This document shows positions 32,494-43,514 of a stretch of DNA of 64,000 bases, piece after piece (within the stretch, counting starts at the first letter, position 1; every line of letters starts with the position of its first letter). A program made the translations under genes and the position numbers. The stretch comes from an uncultured delta proteobacterium (lineage in GTDB: Bacteria > Desulfobacterota > Binatia > JACPRU01). The notes under the pieces were generated by a model. It made no database searches and was not told where the DNA came from. It saw nothing but the letters and a program-made list of their open reading frames with translations. Location: the NCBI GenBank assembly GCA_963745025.1, contig CAVUWD010000009.1:15826-79825 (forward strand). Direction: 5' to 3'.

Positions 32494-33654
32494 TCATGCC
32501 GCCTCGCGCGCTACGCTCAAGAGAATTCCGATCTCCAGCATGTTTGTGACCAATGCCGATCCTCCATAACTGAGAAACGGTAACGCGAGCCCCTTGGTGG
32601 GCAGTAGCCCGACGGTGACGGCCATGTTCACGCCGGCCTGGAGAACGATCATCGACGTAAGCCCGAGAGCCAGATTCGCCGCGTAGGGATCGACGTGCCG
32701 CGCGGCGAGCCTGAGGCCCGCGACAGCGAGCGAGCCGAAGGTCGCCAGAACGGACAGTGTACCGACCAATCCGAGCTCCTCGCCGATGACCGCGAAGACG
32801 AAGTCCGTATGCGCCTCGGGCAGGTAGAACATCTTCTGACGCCCGGCGCCGAGCCCGACGCCGAAGGCACCACCCGCGCCGAAGGCGAGGAGCGATTGGA
32901 CCAGCTGAAACCCGCTTCGCTGCGCGTCGCGCCACGGGTCGAGGAAGCTCGTCAGCCGCTGCCAGCGATAGCTCGCGGTCACGGCTCCGAAGATCGCGAA
33001 CGGCGCGACCAGCGAAGCGGTCAAGACGAGGTGCGCCCAGCGGGCGCCATTGGCGATCAGCATGACGAACAGAACGATGGCGAGCAGCACCGCGGTCCCG
33101 AAGTCGGGCTCGGCGACCACCAGCCCCGCGACGAAGCCGACGAGCACGAGGTGCGGCAGATAGCCGAGCCAGAGCGATTCCACCCGCTCGCCTTTCTTGG
33201 TGAGCGAATGGGCGAGATAGAGGACTGCCGACAGCTTGCCGATCTCCGATGGCTGCAGCGTCAGCAGGCCGAGCTTCAGCCAGCGGCGAGCGCCGCCCCG
33301 TACGACGCCGATGCCGGGCACGAGCACGGCCGTGAGCGCCAAGATCGAGAACAACAGCAGAGGATAGGTGGCGCGCCGCAGCGTGTGGGTTGGAATCCGC
33401 CAGCAGACGAGCATGGCGAGAGCGCCGAGCGCCATCGCCGCCAGGTGCTTGCGGGCGAAGAGATACGGATCGCCGAAGTGTTCTTGGGCGTAGAAATAAC
33501 TCGTGTTGAGCACCATCACGAAGCCGAGCGCGACGAGCCAAGCGGTGCCGAGCCAGAACACCAGGCCGCCGTTGCCCGGTTGCAGCACGACCGGCGCGCG
33601 ACGCGCTTCGGCGTTCCATGCTCGGACCGCGCCGGCCATCCGCATCGTGCTCAC
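32494..33654 (-). CDS. ftsW: Peptidoglycan glycosyltransferase FtsW
   Basis: GARRW, QPSEIGK, EPDFG, LPEAHTDF, LPTKGLALPFLSYGGS; start GTG 33654 or ATG 33645. Confidence 0.96.
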   Translation of the reverse strand: MSTMRMAGAVRAWNAEARRAPVVLQPGNGGLVFWLGTAWLVALGFVMVLNTSYFYAQEHFGDPYLFARKHLAAMALGALAMLVCWRIPTHTLRRATYPLLLFSILALTAVLVPGIGVVRGGARRWLKLGLLTLQPSEIGKLSAVLYLAHSLTKKGERVESLWLGYLPHLVLVGFVAGLVVAEPDFGTAVLLAIVLFVMLIANGARWAHLVLTASLVAPFAIFGAVTASYRWQRLTSFLDPWRDAQRSGFQLVQSLLAFGAGGAFGVGLGAGRQKMFYLPEAHTDFVFAVIGEELGLVGTLSVLATFGSLAVAGLRLAARHVDPYAANLALGLTSMIVLQAGVNMAVTVGLLPTKGLALPFLSYGGSALVTNMLEIGILLSVAREAA

Positions 33655-35006
33655 AGCGCCTCCACGAGCGCCCGGAAGCGCTCGCCGCGATCGGCGTAAT
33701 CGCGAAACATGTCGAAGCTCGCGCAGGCAGGCGACAGCAGCACCGTGTCGCCGGGGCGCGCGCTCTCCGAGGCGCGCGCCACGGCGTCCTCGAGGCTCGA
33801 CACGACCACGGTATCGGTTTCTGGGCCGAGGACCTCGCGGATGGTTTCGCGGGCCTCGCCGAAGACGATGAGTCGCTTGACTCGGTCGCGAACGAGCACG
33901 CGCAGCGGCTCGTAGCTCCCACCCTTGTCCACGCCACCGGCGAGGAGGATGACCGGCCCCGAGATCGAGGCGAGCGACTTGACCACCGCCCCGACGTTCG
34001 TGCCTTTCGAATCGTCGACGTAGCTGACCCCCTGCCTCTGACGCACGAGCTGGAGCCGATGCGGCAGACCGCGAAATTCGCCGATGATCGCCTGCACCGC
34101 TCGGGGCTCCGCGCCGGCGAGTAGCGCGGCCGTGGTGGCCGCCATCAGGTTTTCGAGGTTGTGTACGCCGCGGAGCCGGGTCCGCGCCATGCGGAAGCTG
34201 AGCTCCCGCTCCTGGCGCCGGCCCTCTGGAAGCCGGACGACGATCGTCCCGTCGCGCGGGAAGGTGCCGTACTCGACGGTGTCGAAGCCGAAGGAAATCA
34301 CCCGCCCCCGCAACCGCTGTCGGAGGTCCCACACCCAGCGATCCTCGCGCGACAGCACCACCCAATCGTCCGAGGTCTGAGCGCGGAACAGCGCCGCCTT
34401 GGCTTCGCCGTACTCATCGAGGGACCGGTAGCGGTCGAGATGGTCGTCGGTCAGGTTCAGGAACACGCCGATCGCCGGGCGGAACTCCTCGACCCACTCG
34501 AGCTGAAAGCTCGAAACCTCGGCAACCGCACAATCGATCGGCAGCCCGACGGCGTCGACGAGCGGCGTCCCGAGATTTCCGCCGACGAACGCGTGAATCC
34601 CCGAGCGGCGCAGCATCCGCGCGAGCAACTCGGTCGTCGTGCTCTTGCCGTTCGTGCCGGTGATCGCGTAGAGCGGAGCGGCAAGCGAGCGATAGGCGAG
34701 CTCGATCTCGGCGAGAATCGGCAGGCCGCGCATTGCGGCGGCCTGCAGCAAGGGGTGGCTCTTCGGCACTCCGGGGCTCGGGATCACCAAGTCCACGCCT
34801 TGGAGAAGCTGCGTGTCCTCGCGACCGAGACACCACTCGATGGCGAGCCCGCCAAGCAGCGCCCGTTCGTCGTCGAACCCGGTGCTCGCTCGGTCCGAGA
34901 GCAGCACCTCGGCTCCTTGGCGCGCCAAGTAGCGGGCCACCGCGGCGCCGGTGCGCCGCGCGCCGATGACCAGGACCTTTCTGCCTGAGAGCGCGAGCTT
35001 CATCAT
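33651..35006 (-). CDS. murD: UDP-N-acetylmuramoylalanine--D-glutamate ligase
   Basis: [43 protein letters not shown]. Confidence 0.97.
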   Translation of the reverse strand: MMKLALSGRKVLVIGARRTGAAVARYLARQGAEVLLSDRASTGFDDERALLGGLAIEWCLGREDTQLLQGVDLVIPSPGVPKSHPLLQAAAMRGLPILAEIELAYRSLAAPLYAITGTNGKSTTTELLARMLRRSGIHAFVGGNLGTPLVDAVGLPIDCAVAEVSSFQLEWVEEFRPAIGVFLNLTDDHLDRYRSLDEYGEAKAALFRAQTSDDWVVLSREDRWVWDLRQRLRGRVISFGFDTVEYGTFPRDGTIVVRLPEGRRQERELSFRMARTRLRGVHNLENLMAATTAALLAGAEPRAVQAIIGEFRGLPHRLQLVRQRQGVSYVDDSKGTNVGAVVKSLASISGPVILLAGGVDKGGSYEPLRVLVRDRVKRLIVFGEARETIREVLGPETDTVVVSSLEDAVARASESARPGDTVLLSPACASFDMFRDYADRGERFRALVEAL

Positions 35007-36079
35007 CGGAGCTTCAGGGTGGAGAGCGCCAGCAGCGCGCAAAGAATCGAGAGGATCCAGAACCGGACGATGATCTGCGGCTCGGGCCAGCCGAGCAGCT
35101 CGAAATGATGGTGAATCGGCGCCATGCGGAAGATGCGCCGGCGGCGGAGCTTGTACGACGCCACCTGCAGGATCACCGACAGCGCCTCGGCGACGAACAC
35201 CCCGCCCGCGACCACCAGCACGAGCTCCTGCCTGGAGATCAGCGCCAGCGCTCCGAGCGCCGCGCCCAGAGACAGCGAGCCGACGTCTCCCATGAACATC
35301 TGCGCCGGGTACGCATTGAACCAGAGAAAGCCCAGGCCGGCCGCGAACAGCGCGCCACAGAACACGGCGACCTCGCCGGCGCCCGGAACGTGCGGCACCT
35401 GGAGGTATTCCGCGAGCTTCACGTTGCCCGCCACGTAACAGAACGTCATGTAGACGAGCGCGACCATCATCACCGGCCCGATCGCCAGCCCATCGAGCCC
35501 ATCGGTGAGGTTCACCGCATTCGACGAGCCGACGATGACCAGGGCGGCAAAGGGCACGTAGCACCATCCGAGATCCGGGCGGACGTTCTTGAGGAACGGC
35601 GTGGTCAGGGTCGAGTCGAAGCCGTTCTTCCAGAGCAGCAGGCCGCCCACGACGAGCGCCAGAGCGAACTGCGCGGCGAGCTTTTCCCGTCCCGTAAGGC
35701 CGAGCGACTGCCGGCGGCGAAGCTTTCGCCAATCGTCGACGAAGCCGATCGCGCCGTAGCCGACCGTGACTGCGAGCAAGAGCCAAACGTAGGCATTGGT
35801 CAGATCGGCGAGCAGAAGGGTCGAGAGGACGAGCGAAAAGAGGATCAGCGTCCCCCCCATCGTCGGCGTCCCTGCCTTGGTTTGATGGTGCGCCGGGCCG
35901 TCGGAACGGATCTGCTGGCCGACCTGCAGCGCCAGGAGCTTGCGGATCAGCGAGGGTCCGAACAAGAAGGCGAGCAGGAATGCGAGAATCGCGGCCAGCA
36001 GCGTCCGGAACGTGATGTACTTCATCACGTTGAAGGCCGAGTAGGTGCCGTGGAGCGAGTAGAGGAGCGCGTAGAGCAT
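35003..36079 (-). CDS. mraY: Phospho-N-acetylmuramoyl-pentapeptide transferase
   Basis: [37 protein letters not shown]. Confidence 0.98.
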   Translation of the reverse strand: MLYALLYSLHGTYSAFNVMKYITFRTLLAAILAFLLAFLFGPSLIRKLLALQVGQQIRSDGPAHHQTKAGTPTMGGTLILFSLVLSTLLLADLTNAYVWLLLAVTVGYGAIGFVDDWRKLRRRQSLGLTGREKLAAQFALALVVGGLLLWKNGFDSTLTTPFLKNVRPDLGWCYVPFAALVIVGSSNAVNLTDGLDGLAIGPVMMVALVYMTFCYVAGNVKLAEYLQVPHVPGAGEVAVFCGALFAAGLGFLWFNAYPAQMFMGDVGSLSLGAALGALALISRQELVLVVAGGVFVAEALSVILQVASYKLRRRRIFRMAPIHHHFELLGWPEPQIIVRFWILSILCALLALSTLKLR

Positions 36080-37447
36080 TCAGCTCTGCCCCCGCAGCCG
36101 CGCGACGATCTCTTCCATCTTCGCTCCTCGCGAGCCCTTGACGAGCACGACGTCGCCGTCGGCGAGGCGCGCCCCGAGCCAGGTGGCGGCGTCGGCGACC
36201 GATTCGCAGCACTCCACGAGCGCTCGCGGTAGGCCCGCCTCGACGGCTCCGGCAGCCATCTCGCCGCCGTAACGCCCGACCGCCAGTAACCCGTCGACGC
36301 GCGCGCGCGCCGCAGCGGCGCCCACTTCCCGATGGTAGCGCGCGGCTTCGGCGCCGAGCTCCCACATCTCGCCGAGGACGGCTAGCTTTCGGCGGCCTGG
36401 CTCCGCCGCGAGCACGGCGACCGCCGCCTCCATCGAGGCGGGATTGGCGTTGTAGGCGTCGTTCAGAATCCGCGCTCCGTTCGGAGTCACGACGATCTCG
36501 AGGCGCATCGCTGGCGGCGTGAACGTGGCGAGCCCTTCGAGAGCGGCTTCGAGATCGAGGCCAAGCGCCAGTCCCGCCGCGATGGCGAGCAGAGCGTTGT
36601 CGACGTTGTGGCGACCCCGAATACCGAGCTCGATCGAAGCGCGTCGGCCCTCGACCTCGATCTCGATCTTCTGGCCTTTGACGGTAGGCAACGAGGAGAG
36701 CGCCCGCAGCGGCTGTTCGCCCCCGACGAGAATCTTCCGACCGGCGAAGCGCTCGGCGATCGCCACGAGTCGCGGATCCTTCGCGTTCACGACCAGGATG
36801 CCCGCCGGAGCGAGCCCCAGCGCGAGCTCCTCCTTGGCGGCGGCGACGTTGGCGAGCGAGCCGAGACCTTCGAGGTGAGCGGGGGCTACGTTGGTGATCA
36901 CACCGATGTCCGCTCGGGCGATCTGCGCCAGCCGCCAGATTTCGCCAGGATGATTCATGCCCATTTCGAGCACGGCGAAATCCTCCTCGCCGGTGAGCCG
37001 AAGAAGTGTATGCGGAAGCCCGACGAGGTTGTTCTCCGTTCCCCGGCTCTTCGCCACCTCGGCCCCGCTGGCGGAAAGCACCGCGGCGATCATCTCCTTG
37101 GTGGTGGTCTTGCCGTTGCTGCCGGTTACGCCGACCACGCGCAGAGGCAGCGTCCGGCGCCGAGCGGCGGCGAGATCGCCGAGCGCGCGCAAGCCATCGC
37201 CGACGCGAATACCGGCCGCGCCGTTCCGCAGGGAGACGTCCCTGTCGACGACGACGGCGGTCGCTCCCCGCTCGATCGCGGCAGCGACGAACTCGTGGCC
37301 GTCGAAGCGCGGGCCGCGCAGCGCGAGGAACGCCTCGCCCGCGCTCGTCTGGCGGGTATCGGTTGAGAAACCACAGAATGGTCCGGGACCCCACCGCAGA
37401 AGCTCGCCGCCGGTCGCGGCGAGAATTTCGGGCAACGTCCAGCTCAC
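36080..37447 (-). CDS. murF: UDP-N-acetylmuramoyl-tripeptide--D-Ala-D-Ala ligase
   Basis: TGSNGKTTTKEM, EMGMNHPGEI, NDAYNANP, VKGSRG. Confidence 0.97.
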   Translation of the reverse strand: MSWTLPEILAATGGELLRWGPGPFCGFSTDTRQTSAGEAFLALRGPRFDGHEFVAAAIERGATAVVVDRDVSLRNGAAGIRVGDGLRALGDLAAARRRTLPLRVVGVTGSNGKTTTKEMIAAVLSASGAEVAKSRGTENNLVGLPHTLLRLTGEEDFAVLEMGMNHPGEIWRLAQIARADIGVITNVAPAHLEGLGSLANVAAAKEELALGLAPAGILVVNAKDPRLVAIAERFAGRKILVGGEQPLRALSSLPTVKGQKIEIEVEGRRASIELGIRGRHNVDNALLAIAAGLALGLDLEAALEGLATFTPPAMRLEIVVTPNGARILNDAYNANPASMEAAVAVLAAEPGRRKLAVLGEMWELGAEAARYHREVGAAAARARVDGLLAVGRYGGEMAAGAVEAGLPRALVECCESVADAATWLGARLADGDVVLVKGSRGAKMEEIVARLRGQS

Positions 37448-38967
37448 GATCCACGCACCCGGAGGCTTTGCCGAGCCTCCTCGCGGTCGTCGAAGGGATG
37501 CCGCTCGGCGCCGACGATCTGATAGGCCTCGTGCCCCTTGCCGGCGATCAAAACGACGTCGGACGGCCTCGCGATCTCGATTGCGAGGTGGATCGCCTGA
37601 CGCCGGTCCGGAATCACCAGATATCCGCTCGCGTCCTCACGCCCCGCCGCGCTTTCCTGTATGGGATCGAGCCCTGCCTCGACGATGCCCCGCTCGATCT
37701 CGTGAAGAATCTTCAATGGGTCCTCGCTCCGCGGGTTGTCGGAGGTGGCGATGACGATGTCGGCGATGCGCCCCGTCGCCTCCCCCATCAGTGGTCGCTT
37801 GCCGCGATCGCGGTCTCCGCCGCAGCCGAAGACGACGATGAGCCGGCCTTGCGCGACGCTGCGCAAGACTCGCACCGCGCGCTCGAGCGCGTCCGGCGTA
37901 TGCGCATAGTCGACGAGCACCGCGAACGCTGCGCCTTCGTCGACGCGTTCCATGCGGCCGGGGATGCCACGACATTGCTGAATGCCCTCGGCGATCGCGG
38001 CCAGTGGAATCCCCTGCGCCCACGCCGCCGCGGCCGCGGCGAGGATGTTCTCGAGATGCGCGTCGCCGACGAGAGCGGAAGAGATGGAGATCCGCTCGTC
38101 ACGGATCCGGATCTCGCCTTTGAGCCCCGCGAGCGATCGCTCGACTTCCACCGGGGCGACGTCCGCCTCGTCGCCATGCCCGAAAGTCACGACGCGGTTT
38201 GGCGTCGCGCCGATGAGCCGTCGACCGTAGGGATCATCGCCGTTCACGACCGCGAAGCGATCGCTCTTTTCGGAGCGCGGCAGAAGCTCGGTGAATAGCC
38301 TCTGCTTGGCCGCGAAGTAGCCCTCCATGTCGGGGTGGAAGTCGAGGTGATCGCGCGTGAGGTTGGTGAAGAGAGCGCCGTCCCACTCGCACTCGGAAAC
38401 CCGTTCGAGCGCGAGCGCATGCGAAGAGACTTCCATGACCACGTGCGTGGCTCCCGCCTCGGCCATCTCGGCGAGCAATCGCTGCAGCTCGACTGCCTGA
38501 GGCGTGGTGAACGGCGCCGGCCAGGTTTGCTCGCCGAAACGATAGTAGATCGTGCCGATGAGCCCGGGACGGAACCCCGCGCGCTTCCAGATCGCTTCCA
38601 GAAGATGCGTCACGGTCGTCTTGCCATTCGTGCCGGTCACGCCGAGCAGGACGAGCTTGCGGCTCGGGTGATCGTAGAACCGTGCGGCGATTTCGCCGAG
38701 TGAACGTTGAATCGAAGGCAAGGCGAGGCGTGCGACACGCGAGGGAGCTTCCACGAGGTCGGACGCAGCAAGCGCCACCGCTCCCCGCTCGAGCGCTTCC
38801 GAGACGAAGCGGCGACCGTCGGTCCGTGCACCGGGCAGCGCGAAGAAGAGCGCGCCCGGCTGAACGGCTCGAGAGTCCGTGGCGAGCGAGGTCACCTCGA
38901 CGTGGAGGTCGCCCTCCGCCGCGCGCGGTGGCTCGCGGAGGCCGGTGAGTAGCTCTCGAAGAATCAC
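37444..38967 (-). CDS. murE: UDP-N-acetylmuramoyl-dipeptide--meso-DAP ligase
   Basis: TGTNGKTT, MEVSSH, DYAHTPDA, DNPR (DAP specificity), AGKGHE. Confidence 0.97.
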   Translation of the reverse strand: MILRELLTGLREPPRAAEGDLHVEVTSLATDSRAVQPGALFFALPGARTDGRRFVSEALERGAVALAASDLVEAPSRVARLALPSIQRSLGEIAARFYDHPSRKLVLLGVTGTNGKTTVTHLLEAIWKRAGFRPGLIGTIYYRFGEQTWPAPFTTPQAVELQRLLAEMAEAGATHVVMEVSSHALALERVSECEWDGALFTNLTRDHLDFHPDMEGYFAAKQRLFTELLPRSEKSDRFAVVNGDDPYGRRLIGATPNRVVTFGHGDEADVAPVEVERSLAGLKGEIRIRDERISISSALVGDAHLENILAAAAAAWAQGIPLAAIAEGIQQCRGIPGRMERVDEGAAFAVLVDYAHTPDALERAVRVLRSVAQGRLIVVFGCGGDRDRGKRPLMGEATGRIADIVIATSDNPRSEDPLKILHEIERGIVEAGLDPIQESAAGREDASGYLVIPDRRQAIHLAIEIARPSDVVLIAGKGHEAYQIVGAERHPFDDREEARQSLRVRGS

Positions 38968-40907
38968 CCCAGGGGCTCTCCGCTGGGCTCGAGCTCGAGA
39001 CGGATCGGACGTCCCGCCGCGAGCGAGCGCCCGGGAGGCGGATCCTGTCGCACCACGTACCCGCTGCCGACTACGTCAACCGTCAAACCTTCGGCGCTCG
39101 CTCGCTCGAGAGCCTCGCGAAGGGAGAGCCCGACGAAGCTCGTCGGTGCGTTTGGTTGCGCCTCTCGGCTCCTGCCGTCCGGTCCCTGGGCTGCGATCGC
39201 GTCCTCCCCAGCAGACGTGTCGGGTTGCACGCCGATGCGTTCGGCTGCGGCGACGGCGATCGCGCGAAACGCGGGGGCGGCTGCGGTGCCGCCCCAGATT
39301 GTCGTTTGCGGCTCGTCGATGATGACCAGCATGACGAGCTGCGGATCGTCGGCCGGAAAGTAGCCGACGAACGAGGCGATGCGGCCGCGCGAGTAACCGC
39401 CGCGATCGAAATCCACTTTCTGCGCCGTGCCCGTCTTGCCCGCGATCTTCAAGCCCGGCACTGCCGCAAGTGGCGCGGTACCCTTGGCCGCGATCACGCC
39501 CTCGAGGATCTTCGTCACTTGTTCGGCGGTGGCCTCGCTGACGACGCGGCGCACGACGGTCGGCTGGTTTGCGACGAGCTCCTCGCCATTCTCGTCGACG
39601 ATCCGCTTGACGATGTAGGGACGCATGAGGATGCCGCCGTTGGCGAGCGCGGCGTATGCCGCCGCGAGTTGGAGGGGCGTCACTGCCACACCTTGACCGA
39701 AGCTGGCCGTCGCCAGATCGATTGGCTTCCACGCCAGAAGCGGACGGAGGATACCCGCCTGCTCACCCGCGAGATCGACGCCCGTTGGCGCGCCGACCCC
39801 GAATGCGCGGAGCGTCTGGTAGTAGGCCTTCGCTCCGAGACGCTCCCCTACCTTGGTCGCGCCGATGTTGCTCGACACCTGCAGGATCTCGGGGAACGTG
39901 AGCCACCCGTATCCGTGATGATCGTGGATCGTGTGTCCAGCGAAGCCGTAGTGGCCGTTTTCGCAGAAGAAGCGATCGGCGACCGTGACGGAGCGATGCT
40001 CGAGCGCCGCCGCGGCAAGGAGCCCCTTCATGGTCGAGCCGGGCTCGTAGGCGTCGGCGACCGCGCGGTTGCGCCGGAGCTCGGGGGCGATGCCGATGCG
40101 GCGGTTGGGATCGAACGCGGGGTTCTGCGCGAGCGCGAGAATCTCTCCGCGGCGCGGGTCGAGCATGAGCACGAGGCCGCCCTTCGCGCGGGTCTCGGCA
40201 ACCCGCCGGTCGAGTTCGCGCTCCGCGACGTACTGCAGCGACGAATCGAGCGTGAGCGTCACGTTGGCGCCTTGCCGAGGCATCTCTCCGTCGAGCCCGG
40301 CGGCGAGAAACTTCCGCCCGCGGGCATCGCGCTCGACGCTCATCTCCGCGGTGGGTCCGCGGAGATAACGGTCATAGGCGAGCTCGATTCCTTCGAGCCC
40401 TTGCGAGTCGATGCCGGCGAAGCCGATGACCGGGGCCGCCATCCGTCCGTGCGGGTAGAAGCGTCGGAGCTCCGACACCGTGCCGATGCCGCGGACGTTC
40501 AGCTCGCGCAGCCGCTCGAGCTCGACCGGGCTCGCCTGGCGCTTGACCCAGGCAAACGGCGAAGTGGTTGAGACCGTCTGCAGCCATTGGCCGTGCGGGA
40601 TCCGCAGCGCACGGGCCACCGCCGCACCGGAGCCGTCGTCGGGCAAGTCCGCGGGGCGCACGAAGACCGAGTCGGCGCGGATCGACATGGCGAGCGGTTC
40701 GCCGAAGCGATCGAGAATCGCCCCGCGAAGCGGGGTGACTTGCTCGGTCTCGGAATGTTGACGGTGCGCGAGGCTCGCCAAGCGCTCCCCGTCGAAGATT
40801 GCCAGCTGACAGAGCCGTACCGCGACACCGACGAGCACCGCGCCAATCATCGCGCAGGCGGTCGCGAGCCGAACCGGACGTCGTTGCCTGGCCTGCGTGC
40901 CACTCAT
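38964..40907 (-). CDS. ftsI: Penicillin-binding protein FtsI/PBP3 with C-terminal PASTA-like domain
   Basis: RGAILDR, EPGSTMK (SxxK), SSN, KTGTAQK. Confidence 0.95.
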   Translation of the reverse strand: MSGTQARQRRPVRLATACAMIGAVLVGVAVRLCQLAIFDGERLASLAHRQHSETEQVTPLRGAILDRFGEPLAMSIRADSVFVRPADLPDDGSGAAVARALRIPHGQWLQTVSTTSPFAWVKRQASPVELERLRELNVRGIGTVSELRRFYPHGRMAAPVIGFAGIDSQGLEGIELAYDRYLRGPTAEMSVERDARGRKFLAAGLDGEMPRQGANVTLTLDSSLQYVAERELDRRVAETRAKGGLVLMLDPRRGEILALAQNPAFDPNRRIGIAPELRRNRAVADAYEPGSTMKGLLAAAALEHRSVTVADRFFCENGHYGFAGHTIHDHHGYGWLTFPEILQVSSNIGATKVGERLGAKAYYQTLRAFGVGAPTGVDLAGEQAGILRPLLAWKPIDLATASFGQGVAVTPLQLAAAYAALANGGILMRPYIVKRIVDENGEELVANQPTVVRRVVSEATAEQVTKILEGVIAAKGTAPLAAVPGLKIAGKTGTAQKVDFDRGGYSRGRIASFVGYFPADDPQLVMLVIIDEPQTTIWGGTAAAPAFRAIAVAAAERIGVQPDTSAGEDAIAAQGPDGRSREAQPNAPTSFVGLSLREALERASAEGLTVDVVGSGYVVRQDPPPGRSLAAGRPIRLELEPSGEPLG

Positions 40908-41191
40908 GGCATGCCCACGATCTGACCGTCGCGCGGAGGCTTGAGACCGAGCCGCGTCTTGGCGACGGCATCCAGCGATCCCGGTGAGGTCAGCGTGGCG
41001 AGCTCGACCTCGAGCTCGCTCTTTTCACCGGCGAGCCGGCCAATGACTCGTTGCAGCGCGCTCAACTGATAACCGACTTCGGTGGTTTGGAGATGCAGCC
41101 AGACTTGGAGCGCGCCGGCGGCGGTGAGCAGAGCGACCCAGATGACGACGGCCCGCGACGGCCGAACGAGCCTCCAGGGGCGGATCTTCAT
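40904..41191 (-). CDS. ftsL: Cell division protein FtsL
   Basis: TM helix + leucine zipper + LGLKPP; between rsmH and ftsI. Confidence 0.88.
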   Translation of the reverse strand: MKIRPWRLVRPSRAVVIWVALLTAAGALQVWLHLQTTEVGYQLSALQRVIGRLAGEKSELEVELATLTSPGSLDAVAKTRLGLKPPRDGQIVGMP

Positions 41192-42153
41192 GCGGCGAGC
41201 CTCTCCACCGCACGCAGGCGGGCGCTGCGCGCACGCGGATTGCGCTGCACTTCGGCGGCGGTCGGCCGCAGTGGCCGCGGTGTCAGCACCGTCGCCTTCT
41301 TCGACCATCCACAGCGACACACGGGCATCGACCGCGGGCAGAGACACGAGCGGGCCCAGAGACGAAAGGCTTGCTTGACGAGACGGTCCTCGAGCGAGTG
41401 GTAGGCGAGCACCACCAGGCGACCGCCGGGTCGCAGCCAGCGATACGCTTCGGCGAGAAAGCGCTCGAGGATCTCGAGCTCCCCGTTCACCGCGATCCGC
41501 AGAGCCTGGAACGTCCGCGTGGCGGGATGATGCCCGGCGCTGCGCCCGACGGCTCGAGCGACGACCGAGGCGAGTGCGGCCGTGTCGACGAGCGCGCCGC
41601 GACGCTCGGCGGCGAGAATCGAGCGCGCGACGCGGCGCGCCCGTGGCTCCTCGCCATACTGGCGAAGCACGCGCACGAGTTCCTTCTCGCTCACGTCGTG
41701 AAGCCACTCGGCGAGCGGCCGCAGACCGCTCCGATCCATTCGCATGTCGAGCGGCCCCGAGCGCGAAAAGCTGAAGCCGCGCTCGGCGACGTCCAGCTGG
41801 AATGACGAGACCCCTAGGTCGACGACGATGCCGTCGGCACCGTCCCAACCGAGCCGCTCCAAGCAGTCGCCAATCTCATCGAACGTCGCCGCGGCGACGT
41901 GCAGGCGCGCTGCGAAGCGTGCGAGGCGCGCGCTCGCGCGGCCGCGTGCATCTTCGTCCCAGTCGATGCCGAGCAACTTGCCGTCAGGGGCGGACGCTTC
42001 GAGAATCGCCTCGGCATGACCGCCACCGCCGAGAGTCCCATCGACGTAGCGCCCGCCGGAGCGCGGACTCAGCAGCTCCAACATCTCGCGCAGCATCACG
42101 GGAACGTGGGTCGCGCTCGCGGACGTCTCGTGGTGAGCCTCGGCGGGGGACAT
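41188..42153 (-). CDS. rsmH: 16S rRNA C1402 N4-methyltransferase RsmH
   Basis: HVPVM, DGTLGGGGH, DLGVSS, LDMRMD, FQALRIAVN, NPRARSA. Confidence 0.97.
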   Translation of the reverse strand: MSPAEAHHETSASATHVPVMLREMLELLSPRSGGRYVDGTLGGGGHAEAILEASAPDGKLLGIDWDEDARGRASARLARFAARLHVAAATFDEIGDCLERLGWDGADGIVVDLGVSSFQLDVAERGFSFSRSGPLDMRMDRSGLRPLAEWLHDVSEKELVRVLRQYGEEPRARRVARSILAAERRGALVDTAALASVVARAVGRSAGHHPATRTFQALRIAVNGELEILERFLAEAYRWLRPGGRLVVLAYHSLEDRLVKQAFRLWARSCLCPRSMPVCRCGWSKKATVLTPRPLRPTAAEVQRNPRARSARLRAVERLAA

Positions 42154-42155
42154 GG

Positions 42156-42608
42156 CTACAGATTCAGTCGACTGAGCAGCTCGGGGTTGGCCTTGAACGC
42201 GGCCTCGGCATCACCACGCGCCTGCTCCCACGCTTGGCGATCGAAGACACGAAATCGGTCCGCTGCCCCGCTGAACACGACGTCCTTCGTCAAGCTCGCC
42301 CACTCGCGCAGCGGCGGCGGGATGAGAATCCGTCCCTGCGCGTCAATCTCACAGCGATGCGCAGAGCCGATGAAGAAATTCTCGAGTTTGAGCACGTTTG
42401 GATCGAAACGGTTGAGCTTGAGCAGCTTCTCCTTGAACTCCAGCCACGCGGGGACAGGATACGCCTCGAGAAACCGCGGCGGGCTCAATGGGTGCGGTGT
42501 CAGGAACACCGCGGAGCTTCCCGACACCTGGACCAAATCACGAAACGAAGAGGGTACGCTGACTCTTCCTTTCGGATCGACCACATGGTGATAGTTTCCG
42601 CTAAACAT
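42156..42608 (-). CDS. mraZ: Transcriptional regulator MraZ
   Basis: Two DxxGR motifs (DPKGR, DAQGR); first gene of dcw cluster. Confidence 0.96.
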   Translation of the reverse strand: MFSGNYHHVVDPKGRVSVPSSFRDLVQVSGSSAVFLTPHPLSPPRFLEAYPVPAWLEFKEKLLKLNRFDPNVLKLENFFIGSAHRCEIDAQGRILIPPPLREWASLTKDVVFSGAADRFRVFDRQAWEQARGDAEAAFKANPELLSRLNL

Positions 42609-42619
42609 GAACGCTGATC

Positions 42620-42643
42620 CCACTTTACTCCATTCTATACCAC
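42620..42643 (-). promoter_or_regulatory. MraZ-binding direct repeats
   Basis: GTGG-N6-ATGG-N6-GTGG with exact 10-bp period just upstream of mraZ, as known for MraZ operators. Confidence 0.8.
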
Positions 42644-42652
42644 CACATCGCG

Positions 42653-42682
42653 CTTATAGGACTCGGTAAGCGCGCAAGTCAA
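42653..42682 (-). promoter_or_regulatory. Sigma-70 promoter of the dcw operon
   Basis: TTGACT-N18-TATAAG on the minus strand directly upstream of the MraZ boxes. Confidence 0.6.
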
Positions 42683-42840
42683 GGAAAAATGCTTTTCTAT
42701 TTTAGATGCGAAGACCTGAAGCGAGCGTAATTTCGGTATCTCGAGTGACGTCACCCGTATGGCAAACAAAAGGCGAAAGTTCGGTCTGGGCAACAGAACA
42801 GAACGGCGTACCATCGCATCTCAGGAGCGGCGACCGAATT

Positions 42841-43248
42841 GGCGGAGGGGATCGGTAAGCCGGATTCTGTTCCCCCAGTCAACGTCCGGGGGCAACGACC
42901 ATTCCTCTTGTCCCGTCGTTGCCGGCGGGATCGTGCGACCTTACCCGAGGATTCTGCCGGGAAGGACTACCCGGCCCCACGACGACGAGAGCCGCCGAGG
43001 GGAGAACCCCCCTATTTGGTCTTGCTCCGGATGGGGTTTGTCCGCACCGTGGCTCGCGCCCCGGTGGAGCGAGATCTTACCTCGCCTTTTCACCCTTACC
43101 GCCATCGGCCGAAACCGGTGGCGGCGGTCTTTTTTCTGTGGCACTTTCCCCCGATCACTCGGGGCCGCCGTTAGCGGCCATCCTGTCCTTCGGAGTCCGG
43201 ACTTTCCTCTCTCCGTTTCCGGAAAGCGGTCGTTTAATCCCCTCCGCC
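42841..43248 (-). ncRNA. rnpB: RNase P RNA (type A)
   Basis: Minus strand GAGGAAAGTCCGGACTCC, GAAAGTGCCACAGAAA, ACAGAATCCGGCTTA; P1 GGCGGAGGGGAT/ATCCCCTCCGCC. Confidence 0.97.
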
Positions 43249-43289
43249 GAATCGAAGCTGTAGCGACTCCCGAGCGAGGAGTCCAGAGG

Positions 43290-43514
43290 CTACGGGGCGA
43301 CCTCTCTCATCTGCTCAAGGCGCTTTTTCTGCTGTTCCTCGAAGTTCTGCGCCTGCTTTTTCGCCGCGTCGAGTGCGCTGCCCGCCGGGCCGCCCTTCGC
43401 ACCGCCCGGCGTGTAGGTGCGCAGGTACAGAACGATCAGCACGAAGACGATGAGCATCCCGACCACGATGGCGGCGAGGGAGGCGAATCCGCCGGGACCG
43501 CGCTTTGGCGTCAC
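43290..43514 (-). CDS. Small single-TM hypothetical protein
   Basis: GTG overlaps TetR stop; KRG..GF then hydrophobic helix (prepilin-like) and charged helix. Confidence 0.6.
   Translation of the reverse strand: MTPKRGPGGFASLAAIVVGMLIVFVLIVLYLRTYTPGGAKGGPAGSALDAAKKQAQNFEEQQKKRLEQMREVAP

Noticed and set aside
27074-37454. Very long ORFs (547, 657, 623, 1267 aa) implying dcw fusions
   Set aside because: Stop-poor alternative frames in high-GC DNA run into the true ftsQ, ddl, ftsW and murD frames; motifs occur only in the C-terminal parts
42759-43263. ORFs overlapping rnpB
   Set aside because: Region is fully explained by RNase P RNA
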